Source: the human T2T-CHM13v2.0 reference genome, Homo sapiens. Taken from it: 64,000 nucleotides of DNA. Shown here piece by piece: positions 1 through 13,730 of this stretch (its first letter is position 1; each line of letters starts with the position of its first letter). The notes beneath the pieces were generated by a model. That model worked only from the letters and a program-made list of their open reading frames with translations. It was not told the DNA's origin and ran no database searches. The position numbers and the translations under genes were made by a program. The stretch lies in assembly GCF_009914755.1 (NCBI RefSeq), contig NC_060926.1, one strand, 5' to 3'.

Positions 1-610
1 GATTCTAGTGTATTTGTTATCTGTTGGACTTTGGGAACCTAACCTAACTTTTTACCTCATTGTGGAAGTGAGGATGATGGTACTTATACTGACTATCTGA
101 TATATCCATCATAGTTAATGTAATGATCAAATAGTATTAGATATATGAGCTAAAGTATCTTACATAATATGTTATTATATATAATAATAATTATTAAACT
201 TGTCTTTTAACTCTTTAAAATTCTACCATAACTGCCACTTGATTCTCTGCCCTGCCTTGCCTGGAGTGCTTAGGAATGGGATAGGGAGAGATGAGTCAGC
301 TCCTGTCATCCATGGCATCAACCTTCTGTCTCTTGGGAACCAGATCTACAGATGTTCCCTTCTTCTTGGACCTGTTCCCAGACCTCATTTAAAGAGCTCT
401 TTCCCATCTCTTCATGGCTGATTTCTCAGGGACATACAGAGGAACCAGTGGAAGCTGGCTTTGATGTGAGAGGTGTATACTCACACCTATTACATTCACC
501 TTAGGATAAGTAGGTCAGAACCATTTCCTCACTTTGATTATTCAGTTGCAGAGAAAGGGAGATTTTTTTCTCCACCCCCATGATATTTCAGAGTCATTTG
601 GCTAGTTGAG

Positions 611-744
611 TTTTTGTTTTTTTTTTAAGGGACAGGGTCTTGCTTTGTTACCCACGCTGGCCTCAAACTTCTGGGCTCAAATAATCCTCCCATCTCAGCC
701 TTCTGAGTAGCTGGGACTACAGGTATGTGTCACCTTGCCTGGCT
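611..744 (-). mobile_element. Alu monomer (FLAM-like)
   Basis: T-rich tail followed by gacagggtcttgc...gctgggactacagg...cctggct. Confidence 0.8.
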
Positions 745-824
745 GAGGTTTTTTCCATTGACAGTGATTTAACCATTGATGACTAGACTGATAAGACTGA
801 AGTCTTGAATACAGACCCAGTTAA

Positions 825-1471
<647 letters not shown>

Positions 1472-1588
1472 AGAAAGTCTTTGGGATAACTCTTTAATGT
1501 CTTTATATCTTAATGATCAGTATGAGTATAGTAAGAAATAACCTACCAGTTTTAGATTTCTTGCATGTTTAGAAATAACTGACAGAGG

Positions 1589-1853
1589 GCTGAGGTGGGC
1601 AGATTACGAGGTCAGGAGATCGAGACCATCCTGGGTAACAACCTGAAACCCCGTCTCTACTAAAAATACAAAAAATTAGCCTGGTGTGGTGGTGGGAGCC
1701 TGTAATCCCAGCTACTGGGGAGGCTGAGGCAGGAGAATTGCTTGAATCCGGGAGCTGGAGTTTGCAGTGAGCTGAGATTGCGCCATTGTCCTCCATCTTG
1801 GGCGACAGTGCGAGACTCCATCTCAAAAAAAAAAAAAAAAAAAAAAAGAGAAA
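1589..1853 (+). mobile_element. 5'-truncated Alu with long A tail
   Basis: Perfect 18-bp flanking repeat agaaataactgacagagg at 1571-1588 and 1854-1871. Confidence 0.92.
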
Positions 1854-2619
1854 AGAAATAACTGACAGAGGTACACAGTTTCCGGGATGGTACTGGAACA
1901 TCTGTTTCAAAAGCATTTTTGAAAGATTTCAACATATGGTAACTTTGGGTTTAGTTTCTTTAAGTGGATATTCCTGAGGTCATAAAAATTGGCATAATGG
2001 TATCTGTGTGCATGTGTGTGTGTGTGGTATTCATACACATACATGTGAAACTCATATAATAAATTTGGAGTTATATTTTTATTTTATAGAGTTTTTTTAT
2101 GTAAAATAGTCTTACCTTAATGTTGATAAAGGTAGAGGGATTTCTTAAACCTTACTTTTTGGTTCTAGCTAGGAGTACTTATAATTAAGTCTTAGATTTT
2201 CCTAAGGACAAACTGGTCTTTCAGTGTTGTTTTCTCAGTTTCAGTAATGATGTGTCTGTCTTGTGATGAAGCACATTATAATACTTTAGACTTGTCACAG
2301 TTGTAAAGAATTTGATTAGATTTTGCAGAAAATAGAATTTATCCCAGGTGAGTTGTCGCATGGGAACCAGCATGGGAAGAAGATGGTAGGAGCAAATAGG
2401 TCAAGCACTGCTTTAGTAGTTAGAGTTGGGGGTCAGTCTCTTTTGGGGAAGTGAAAGTAGGGCTGATTAATTGGCCTGCTTCTTGGTAACTGAACCAATG
2501 TGTCATTGCAACAGAAAGGGAAAAGTAGAAAACCATCATGAATTTTGTGCTTATATTTATGATTTTTTCATAGAATTGTAGATATATAATGCTCAGACTA
2601 CTTTTAAAAATCCTATTAT

Positions 2620-3700
2620 ATGTCAAGCAGTTGTGCTAGCCTAGGGGGTACAAAAATGTAAAGACACAATTGTCTTCTTCAGGGAGATCTGACCATCCAA
2701 TGAGAGAGGAAAACATGAAAAATAATTACAAGACTGTGTAAGAGATGCTAAAATTGAAATAGATAGCACAAGGTATGGAGAATGCATAAAGAAAGGGGAT
2801 AATCTGATCTTTCTGAGGTATCAGAGAGAACCTTACAGAGCAGCACATGAACTGGCTCTTGAAAGATGAACTGAGTTGGCCTGAAGGACAAAATGATACT
2901 ATTCTAGGCTGAGAGAACAGCTTGCAAAGACATGAGACGACATGACACGTTGGGGAATACTTGGAAAGAAAAGAAGGAAGGTTAAGAAATAAACCTGAAA
3001 AAGAAAATGGACTAGCTCATAAAGGGCTTTCTATGCCTGTTCCTTCAGTGGTTCAGCAATCAATTATGAGATATTGTGAACAGATTTATTGATTAGATGG
3101 ATTGGAAGGGGTGAACCAAAAGGCATACTGCTGAGTGAGCATTCTGTTGAGCAATTTAGGTGGAAAACAGTGTAGTGGCAGAGTGGTCCAGAATAGGATG
3201 GATCATAAGAGGCAGAACCAATGGGATTGGTGGAGGGCAAGGCTGTAGGAGATGACTCCCGAGTTTTTCCTTGGTTGTTTGCATGGGTAGTGGTGTCATT
3301 CACTCAAATAGCAATTATAAAAGGAAATTCACTCAAGTAAGAGTGTCATTCACTCAAATAGGAATTTTAAAAGGAAATTAACATTGGAGCTGGGCTGGGC
3401 TGTATAATCAGGTTAGTCTGGGTGTATTGATTTTGAGGTGCCTGTTGAACATCTGAAGTACCAGAGAGCCTTGTGAATTGTGAACTTAGAGGTAGAAGTG
3501 GGCTTGGGTAAAGTAGTGTGTGCAGAATGAGAGGGAAAGAGGACTAATAAAGGATGCCTTTTCCTTTTTTTTAATGAGAAATGTCACCTTTTAGGGTTCA
3601 TTAGCAGAAGAAGGGCACATAAAAGTAACTGAGAAGGAACCAGAGGAAAGCCAGGGGAGAGTGGTACCAAAAATTAAGGAAAGAAGAGAGAAGAGAGTTA
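2620..3700. mobile_element. Degenerate L2-like LINE fragments
   Basis: Purine-rich tracts with L2-type phrases (gtgctagcctagggggtacaaaa, ttttgaggtgcctgttgaacatct). Boundaries approximate. Confidence 0.5.
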
Positions 3701-3818
3701 AGAATATATGTTAATATGTGTTTGTAGAGTGATGGTTTTATGTGGAGATCTTATGTTTCCAATGTATAATAATCTATAATTTTAGTTGTAATATCTAGTT
3801 TTAGTTGTAAAGTTTATA

Positions 3819-4837
3819 AATATTAAATTTATTTCATATTTGTACAAACCATGTATGTATCTGCCTGTATGTAAGCCCAACTTACAAACATACTATAGAT
3901 TTATTCTATGATTATAACTATTATTACTATATAATAGACCAGAAAGATGACATTATATTTATTTTATGGACTGTAAAACTAAGGTTAGGTAATTTGTTTA
4001 AAGACACATGGCTAGTACAGACTTGGATTGAATCCAGGACTTCCTGGCTCCTCCCAGACAGTGGTGCTTCCTATACATAGATTGAAATCACAGCACGCTT
4101 ATAAATGAATTTAAAGGTATTTCTCTTTTCCAAATCTTTTTATATATGTGGACGAAACTTTAGAATTTTAAAATGTGTTATACTAGGAAAGGAGTTATCC
4201 TTTTTTGTTATTGTTACTCAAAATTTTAATATGCTTTCGTGATATAATTATTTTCCAACTTTTTATATGTCATGCATGCAGTTGGTAGTTAATACATTTT
4301 TTAACTTTTGATTATGATTATAGATTCTCTTCATCCTACGTCTTTAATATTCATCTGGTATAAGACGTATTTTTGCTGCTAAATGAATATTAGAGTTCAG
4401 TCTTACTGATAAGACTAAACTTTCAAAACAATGAATAAATAACAATAAATAATGAATTTTATTAACAAATTGAAGTTGTTAAAATGGTTATTTGGTCAGT
4501 TCCCTGAGACAGAGAGAGAAGGAATCTTGTACTTTTATTTTAATCATAAACCCCCCAAAAAGTGGAGTGGTAGAAATAACTAAGAGGTGGCAAATCTTGA
4601 ATCCTATTCTTAGCTTTTAGAATAACTATTAAGAGTGAGCTGGCAATATTAAATTTATTTCATATTTGTACAAACCATATATGTATCTGCCTGTATGTAA
4701 GCCCAACTTACATACTATAGATTTATTCTATAACTATTATTACTATATAATAGACCAGAAAGATGATATAATATCATTTAAATATCATTTAAAGATGATA
4801 TAATATCATCTTTCTGGTCTATTATATAGTAATGGTA
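3819..4837. repeat. Dispersed local duplication (3819-3950 / 4645-4766) plus inverted repeat (4739-4833)
   Basis: Direct alignment by eye shows one substitution and two small deletions between the copies; inverted arms are perfect for 31 bp. Confidence 0.95.
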
Positions 4838-4890
4838 CTTCCTTTCTCTGGACATATTTTCTTATCTATAGAATGAGGAAATGATGAAAA
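4560..4890 (+). mobile_element. Degenerate MIR interrupted by the templated insertion
   Basis: gagtgagctggca joined to gtacttcctttctctggacatattttcttatctatagaatgagga resembles the MIR core gtgaccttgggcaagttacttaacctctctgagcctcagtttcctcatctgtaaaatgggga. Confidence 0.6.
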
Positions 4891-6006
4891 ACTTTTCTAC
4901 TAACATTTTGAAAGTCTTAAATTATGATAGGGATTAGGAAAATAGGTGAATGTAACATTATTTTCTGTGCTGGCTGTGGTTTCAATGCAAAACAGGTTAG
5001 TACAATTGCAGCTTCTATGCTTTTGATTAAATTAGGGAAACTAAGATGATCCACCTTCATCTTGGTAGGAGATATTAAAATGAGCCCTTTGATCAAGTTA
5101 ATACCTATATAAAAAGAATGCAGAACTCCTCACCGTGCAGCTTGAGATAATCTTAGTATTTTTCTGTGAGAAGAATTTAGTTTTTTAAACACTTTTAGGT
5201 TTTAGTCATTAAAACACTCATTAAAAGTATAAATTATATGCTTAGTAGTCTCATATGTATAATTGAATTGAAATAAAAGAAAATTTACCAATCTTTAGTC
5301 ATGTTTTTCCTCTGCTAAAACTTCCCTTGTTCTCAGTATCATCTACGAAACCAGGCTACCATAAAAACTGGAAATTTGGGAAACTTAACTTGCCTCAAAA
5401 GTGAGGGTTAATAATATTACCCGCCTAGTAGAATTTTTGTGAAAATTAATTGAGATTATCAATCAATGTAACATAATGCCTGGCACGTAATAAGTAACTA
5501 AGTCAGTAATAGAATGAAGAAATTTAAGGAAGATGTAGGCTACACATTGACTTATAAATAGGAGATGAAACAGGGTAAGGTATTTAGATTCCTCTGTTCG
5601 TTATAGAGAGATCAGATTGAAACTTACAAAAATATATTTCCTTTATCCTGCCCCATAGAGTAGAACATTTATTTTACTCAAATTACAGCTCCCATATGTT
5701 TTATAACAGCTTCCCAAAATACTATACACATACACGCATGTACACATAAACACACATGTACACCCCATACTACCCCATTTATATTGATGGATCTTGAGTA
5801 AATTAACATAAAATGTAGTTAATTTCTAGGTCTGCTGGCTCACAGCAACAAAATCTGGTCTAGTTTTAATTAGAAAATAAGTAACAATAATAGGTTTGTG
5901 TCATTCAGTTAACTTTTTTCCTAGATTTAAGAATTAATTTTAATCATATGTTAAGAAGTATCATATCTGATTTTGTAAAATATGACTTTTGATTTCCAAA
6001 TATGTA

Positions 6007-6111
6007 TGTGTGGCAGAATAATTTAATTATTGTCATAATTAAATTACTATGTGTGGCAGAATAATAATTAAATTATTATTCTGTGTGGCAGAATAATTTA
6101 ATTATTGTCAT
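6007..6111. repeat. Complex micro-repeat with direct and inverted copies
   Basis: 30-bp direct repeat at 6007-6036 and 6082-6111, third partial copy at 6050-6065, palindrome at 6057-6083. Confidence 0.9.
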
Positions 6112-6818
6112 TTATAACAAAAAAAGAAGGGGTGCATCAGATACAAAAGCAATACTTAGGGTTTTTTTTTTTTCCCAGAATAATTTTAAACATGATATTT
6201 TCTTCTAAATGTCATGAGCAGAATTTTGTTGAAAGCCAAGATTGGTAGATTATTGTTATAATTCAGGTAGAATAAATTTAAATAGTTGGAATTGTAACAA
6301 ATAATACTCTATTTCAGTTACTTTTTCTTTATGTAGAATCCAAAGATGATGAATTCACTCTTCAGTCTAAATGAGGTTTAGAGGGACATACTAGGCAAAG
6401 AAAGAACTTCACCTAACAGTGAGTTATTAGGATGTTGTGGTTCATATTACCCAGGGTAGAGGATTGAAGATAATAGTAAAGTTTGGTTAGGAAGAGAACA
6501 CAATGGTGAGAAGTACAAACTGGCAAGGCTGCAGCGTAAAGTCAAGGACAAGTATGTCTGTGATAGGAGATGAGGAAAACCATTCCTGTATTAAGATTGA
6601 GTCTAAGGACAGTCCAGATTCTAGCACAGATTATTTGGATATGTATTTCAGAGGTTACCATAAAAGAGAGTGTGAAGTAATTGGGACTTAAACTTGGTGA
6701 ATTTTAATTGTCAGGATGGGAAACAGATTTCCTTATGAAATAACTAGAAATTTTGTCTGAATTTTGTTCTGTAACAAATGTGTGAACTTTCTAATTACCT
6801 TTTCTTCAATTTTTTCAG

Positions 6819-6921
6819 ATCAGCTGTTTCATGTATTAGCCTTGCACATGCGGCTTTATAGCATTGACTCTGAGTATAATCCCTGGAGAAAGCTCACCCA
6901 GTTAGAAGAGATGAATCCACA
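6819..6921 (+). CDS. UBR3: UBR3 internal coding exon (first in window)
   Basis: Acceptor ttttttcag|AT, donor CA|gtaagt. Encodes xQLFHVLALHMRLYSIDSEYNPWRKLTQLEEMNP(Q). The phase-2 end joins the next exon in frame. Confidence 0.93.
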
Positions 6922-8434
6922 GTAAGTATAATTGAAAGACTAAAATCAATTAAAACTCTTTATGAAAAACAGGTGTTAAATATAAAAATGGAATTGAAAT
7001 TTCAATATATGTGATTTTTTCACATTTTCTTTATGAAGCACAGAAATATATCATAAGAATTGAAAACAGTTTACCATTATGCTGTCTGTAAAAATTGCAT
7101 ACAAATTCCCACCATGTGAGAAAATCTTTTAAAGAATCCCACTGATTTTTATGCAGATTAAATAGTCAAGTGGAGGCATGTAATGGCTGGTTGTCTCTCT
7201 ATTTATGTTACAATTAGTGGATTCAAGTAGCTTTAGTCTGATTCCTGCATTGTAAAGTGCCCCATCAGTCTTTCACCTAATGGTTTTAAGGACTCCTGAT
7301 AATTCTTGCTAAAATCCATTATTTCATTAGGTGCTGCAAAATGGTGATTTAAAAAAATGCCTTCTTCTGATTAGATGGAATGTTTTTATAAAGAACTTTA
7401 CCATATCAACTATTTGTTGACTCTGAAATACAGTTTGGCAGGATGAATACTTGATACTTTTCTGATTTATAAATTTTCAAAGTAAGGAATGGATGCCCTA
7501 TTAACTTCCAACAGTGACCAATAAGTTTGGTCTTTGGTGTATTTTATGATCTCATGGATTTTATATATATTTGATGTGTTTCACTCCATTTCAATCTTTC
7601 CTCTTTTTGATACAAATTGTTCCCTTTTACTTTAGTGAGAATCTTTCGAAACTGACTTTTGTACTTTTGACATGAGCCAAGTAGTCTTTCATCATATCCT
7701 CACTTTCTGGTACAAGTTGGCCCGGGTTCGTTTTGTACATTTTCTATTTTATACTTGGAATCAGCCATTTCTCCATTTAGTTCCTTTTAATGGCAAATGG
7801 TATTTAGAGACCACAGTCTGGGTGCTAGAGGGCATACATAGCTAATAGGTTATCATTGTTTATAGGCCATTTCAGTGGACAGAGTTAGGAAATATTTTTT
7901 TAAAGGAAAAAAAGATCCTGTGTTCTTACTGGTATTTCTGATCAACATAAGATTGCACAGTTTTCATTTTATTTCTTTTTTGTTACTTGTATCTTTTTTC
8001 TCTTAAAGTCTTGATTCCTAATAATATTAACATAATTATTTGTATAACTAAAGTATAGCCTCGATTATGTTTTTAAAATACCAATATTACTACTAACCAT
8101 AAATTATCTTTGTCATTAGAATATGTACTTCTAGGGATGTATAGTCAAAAACTGTGTTTTTAAATCACATAAAGTAACTTTTCCCATGTGATTATGCCAT
8201 CAACTTGATTTATAGTTCAGCTCATTTCAGTTTTTTTCCTCAATATTTAAAGACTGCTTTTTTCCCCCTTGACTTATATTTTATTGTATAAAATTTATAT
8301 TTTTCTGAAGTAAAAACTATATAACAAAATAAATTCATAGACATCAATCTTTCATTCCCATCCATTTGCATTTCTTTTTATGAAGTCTCTAATCTGTTGC
8401 CTATTTCAAAAAATTGGATCATTGGTCTTTTCCT

Positions 8435-8716
8435 TATTATTATTTTTCGGGGAGATGGGATCTCACTTTGCTGCCCAGGCTGGTCTCAAACTCCTAGCTT
8501 CAAATGATCCTCCCATCTGGGCCTCCCCAAAGTACTGAGGTTACAAGTGTGAGCCACCGTGCCTAGCCTTCCTCTTTATTTTTATTATTTGTTGTTTTAA
8601 AGACCAGATCTCCCTGTTTTGCCCAGGCTGGACTCAAACTCCTGGGCTCAAGCAATCCTCCCACCTCAGCCTCTCCCGTGTTGCTAGGATTACCGGTGCG
8701 CACCACTGCACCCAGC
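8435..8716 (-). mobile_element. Two tandem Alu monomers (FLAM-like)
   Basis: Two successive ~130-bp left-arm-like units, each with a T-rich tail. Confidence 0.75.
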
Positions 8717-8989
8717 TTTCTCTTCATTTTTAAGATATGTTTATGTATTATGGGTATTAGTCCTTTTTGTTATAAGTTGCAATACATTTCACCAGATTGT
8801 CAAATGTCTTTTTACTTCATGTATGATTTTTTTGTCAAAGTTTTTTTAATATAGTCATATTAATCTTTTCATTTATTCTGAATTTTGAGTCACAGTTAAA
8901 CACGCCTTCCTCTACTCCCTAGTTAAAAAGCATTCATCCATGTTTTCTTCTAGTATTTCTGTGGTTTTAATTTTTATGTTTAGATTTCT

Positions 8990-9562
8990 ATTTTTTAAAA
9001 TAATTTCAACTTTTATTTTAGATTCAGAGGGTACATGTGCAGGTTTGTACATGATTATATTGCAAGATGCTGAGGTTTGGGGTGTGATTGTTTTTATCAT
9101 CCAGGTGTAGTGAGCATAGTACCCAATAGTTTTTCAACCCTTGCTCCCCTCCTTCCCTCTTCTAGTAGTCCTCAGTGCCTGTTGTTCCCATCTTTTGTCC
9201 ATGAGTACCTAATGTTTAGCCCTCACTTATAAGTGAGAACGTGCAGTGTTTGGTTTTCTGTTCCTGCATTAATTCGCTTAGGATCATGGCCTCCAGCTGC
9301 ATCCATGTTGTGACAAAGGACATAATTTCATTCTTTTTATAGCTGCATAGTAGTCCATGGTATATAGGTACTACATTTTCTTTATCCAATCCACTGTTGA
9401 TGGGGACCTAGGTTTATTCCGTGTCTTTGCTGTTGTGAATAGTGCTGTGATGTACATGCAAGTACATGTGTCTTTTTGGTAGAACGATTTATTTTCTTTT
9501 GGATAGATACCCAGTAATGGGATGCTGGGTCATAGGATAGTTCTGTTTTAAGTTCTTTGAAA
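8990..9562 (-). mobile_element. L1 3' end fragment (old L1PA/L1PB type)
   Basis: ttttattttagattcagagggtacatgtgcaggtttg...cacttataagtgagaac...gatacccagtaatgggat. Confidence 0.85.
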
Positions 9563-11474
9563 ACATTTCTGATAAATTTGGAAAAAAAAGTGAAATTCTT
9601 TGTTTACTGATCTTGAAATATCAACAACACCCAGAGACAATGTCAAGAAAATATCTAGGAACAGAAAATATGTACTTTATGCCATCATTTGTGTAAAAAA
9701 GGGCAGGGAGAGAAAATAAATTTGTATGTGCTTGTTAAAAACAAAAACAAAAACAGTCACACATATCTGGATATTTGGATTTATAGCAGAAATGACACAA
9801 AGGAACACTGGGGGAATCATAGTCTTTATAATAAATGGTGCTGGGTTAATTGGATATTCACATGAGAAATAATTATTAATAATATTGGCCTCTACCATAT
9901 GTAGACCTATTCAGATTTTGCCAGTTGTTGCAGTAAAGTACTGTGTAACAACAACAACAAAAAGATTATGCTTGCGTTTAGTTGCCATGTCTCTTTAATT
10001 TCCTTTAATCTGAAATTAAGCCTGAGTTTTTCTTTGTGCTTGATGACATTCACTTTTTTTTTTTTTTTTTTTTTTTTTTTTAGTTCAGGCCAGTTATTTT
10101 GTAGCATGTCCTTTAATTTGTTTTTGTCCAGTATTTCCTAGTGATTAGATTCAGGTTATAACCTTTTGGCAGAAATGCCACAGACTAATGTGTTCCTTTT
10201 TAGTGCATAGTATGAGGAGGCACATGCTGTTGATTTATCTTGTTACTGATGATCATAACTCTGATCATTTAGCCAAGGCAGTATGTGCCAAGTTTCTGCA
10301 CTGTAAAGTGATTATTTTACCCTTCGTAATTACTAAGTATCTTATAGGGAGATACTTTGAGACTATGTATGTATCTTGCTACTCTTCATAAAAACAACAA
10401 AAACAAAACTTTGTGTGTGTATTTTGTGTTTATAAACTAAATTAGCAAACTGAGTATTTTGTGTGTTGTTGCTAAGGAAAGTCATTATCCTTAGTAGTAA
10501 CTAGTAATTTTCCTTTCTAGCTAGCATACTTAAGGACAAAGATGGTATACAGAGTATTCGAACACACAGCTCTTTAAGTCTAAAAGGTGTTCAGCAAACA
10601 AAAAGTTTCTAAGCCTAGTATTGACTAATTAAAAAGCTTAAAGTACAGACATAGATATTATGCTTTCTGTAATACTGATTTCTGGATTTTGTTCTTTTCA
10701 AGCCCTAATAATTAATGGACATTAGGATAGTAGTAAATGCTGTGAACACTTATATAGTACTTCATGCTAGGCATTTTGGTGCTTTGCATATATAATCTCA
10801 TTTAATCGTCAATAATAACTCTATGTACTAGGTACTGTTTTATACCAGTTTTTATATATGAGGAACCCAAGTTTTAGAAAAGTCAATTAACATGATCTTT
10901 AGGCACACATAGCTGTTGAGGAACGGAGCTGAGATTTTAATCCAAATCTCTCTGATTCCAGAGCCTAAGTTTTAACTATCATTGTATGCTTCTTTTCCTA
11001 GTACTAGATCTTAGGAATTTCCGGAAAATTTGATTGGTTTTTCCACACCCCCCCCCCCCCAATATTTGCTCTCATTTTTATGGTTCGTTTATTCATTAAG
11101 TTGTAATATAAGAGTTGATTATAATATGTCATCTATATTTCATATTTATATATTTTTAAAATTGAAATATCTTTCTAGTTCCTCACCTCAACACTCTTCC
11201 AATATAAAATTCTATATCTGAGGATGTAGGTTTTTCATATATACTTTTTTCTATAATCCTATGAAAATTATTTTATTTCCTTCTAATTTTCATTGTGCTG
11301 ATAATCATTTTTTATTTTTAAAAATGGAAAAACTATATTCCTATTAACTCTTCCACCCATTTCCTCTTATCCATAGAATCAACAGTTGCATTAATTTTTA
11401 TAATCTGGATTTAAAAGACTATCTAAAACTTTAAGAGATAGATAAGAGATAGAAACAATTATTTTTTAAAGACT

Positions 11475-13730
11475 TTGGTTTTTTTTTTTTTTAGAGCAAT
11501 TTTAGATTCACAGCAAAATTAAGAGGAAGATACACAGATTTCCCATATACTCCCCACTGTAACAGATACATAGCCTTTCCCATTATCAATATCCACCACC
11601 AGTGTGGTACATTTGTTACAGCTGATGAGCCTATATTGACATACTATAATCACCCAAAGTCTGTAGTTACATTAGGGTTCACTCTTGCTGTTGAACATTC
11701 TGTAGGTTTAGGCAAATGTGCAATGACATTTGGCCACCGTTGTAGTATCATACAAAGTAGTTTCACTGTCCTAAAAAAACCCTCTGTGCTCTACCTATTC
11801 ATCCCTCCTCAGTACAACCCCTGGCAACCACTGATCTTTTTACTCTCTCCATAATTTTACCTTTTCCGGAATGTCATATAGTTAGAATCATACAATATGT
11901 AGCTTTTCACATTGGATTCTTTCATTTGGTAATATGTATTTAAGTTTCCACAATGTCTTCTCATGGCTTGATAGCTCATTTCTATATAATAGAAATAACA
12001 ATCCATTGTCTGTACCACAATTAATTTATTCATCACCTATTGAAGGACATTTGGTTGCTTCGAAGTTTTGGCAATTATGAATAAAGCTGCTCTAAACATC
12101 TGTGTGCAGGTTTTTGCGTATATAAGTTTTCAGCTTTTTTGGGTAAATACTAAGGAGCATGATTACTGGATCATATAGTAATAGCATGTTTAGTTTTGTG
12201 AGAAACCACCAAACTGTTTTCCAAAATATCAGTATCATTTTGCATTCCCACCAGCAATGAATGAGAGTTCTTGTTACTCCACATCTTTGTCAACATTTGG
12301 TATTATCAGTGTTCTAGATTTTGGCCATTCTAATAGGAATGTAGTGGTATCTCATTGTTTTAATTTGCATTTCTCTGATGACATACGGTCTGGAGCATCT
12401 TTTCATATGCTTATTAAGCATCTGTATATCTTCTTTGGTGAGGTATCTGTTAATGCTGTGGTACCATTTTTTAATTGGGTTTTTTTCCTATTAGTTTTAA
12501 GAGTTCTTTATATTTATACGAGTATTTTACATATCAGTCCTTTATCAGATGTGTCTTTTGCAAATGTTTTCTCCAGGACTGTGGCTTGTCTTCTCATTGT
12601 CTTGACATTGTCTTTTGCCAAATAGAAGATTTTAATTTTAATGAAGTTCAGCTTATCAGTTATTTATTTCATGAATTATGCTTTTGGTGTTATATCTAAA
12701 AAGTCATTGCCATACCCAAGGTTATCTAGGTTTTCTCCTATAAGAATTTTATTGTTTTGTGTTTTACATTTAGGTCTGTAATCCATTTTTAGTTAATTTT
12801 TGTGAAGGGCATAGGTCTTTGTCTAAATTCATTTTTGTGCATGTGAATGTCCAGTTGTTCTAGCACCATTTGTTGAAAAGACTGTGTTTTTTCCACTGTA
12901 TTGCCTTTACTCCTTTGTTAAAGTCAGTTGACTATAATTATGTGAATCTATTTCTGCGCTCTCTGTTCTGTTCCATTGATCTTATTTGTGTGCTTTTTTG
13001 CTAGTACCATATTGTCTTGATTACTGTAGCTTTATGATAAGTCTTGAAGTCAGGTAGTGTCAGTCATCTAATTTTGTTCTTCTTCGATTTTGTGTTAGCT
13101 ATTCCAGCTGTTTTGCCTCTCTATATAAATTTTAAAATCAGTTTGTCAACATCTACAAAATAACTTGCTGGGATTTTGATTGAGATTGCATTGAATCTCT
13201 AGGTCAAGTAGCAAAGAACTGACATCTTGACAATATTGAGTCTTCCTACTCATGAACATGGACTATCTCTCTCCATTTATGTAGTCGTTTGATTCCATTT
13301 ATCAGAGTTTTGTCATTTTCCTTAAATAGATCTTTGCATATTTTTTTGCTAGATTTATACCTAAGTATTTTATTTGGGGGGGGGGGGTTGCTAATTTAAA
13401 TGATGCTGTGTGTTTATTTTCAAATTCCAATTGTTCCTTGCCAGTATATATGAAAGTGATTGACTTCTGTATATTAATCTTGTGTCCTGTAGCCTTGTTA
13501 CAATCATTTATCAGTTCCAGGAGTTTTTTGGTCAGTTTGTTCAGATTTTCTACATAGACGACCATGTAATCTGTAAACAAAGAAAGACAGTTTTATTTCT
13601 TCTCTCCCAATCTGTATAACTTTTATTTCCTTTTCTTATCTTGAGGCATTAGCTAGTACTTCCAGTATGATGTTGAAAAGAAGTGGGGAGTGGGGACATC
13701 TTTGCCTAGTTCCTGATCTTAGTGAGAACA
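11475..13730 (-). mobile_element. Old L1M fragment (3' UTR and ORF2 C-terminal part)
   Basis: ORF 13302-13580 (FTDYMVVYVEN..KLLELIN..GHKINIQKSI..IKYLGINL) is degenerate L1 RT; continuous L1 3' sequence lies to its left. Confidence 0.88.

Noticed and set aside
6007-6111. CRISPR-like repeat-spacer pattern
   Set aside because: Only three partial repeats, spacers derive from the repeat itself, eukaryotic context and no cas genes.
11048-13387. C13 run (11048-11060) and G12 run (13376-13387) as G-quadruplex elements
   Set aside because: Isolated homopolymer expansions, one inside an old L1; nothing suggests function.
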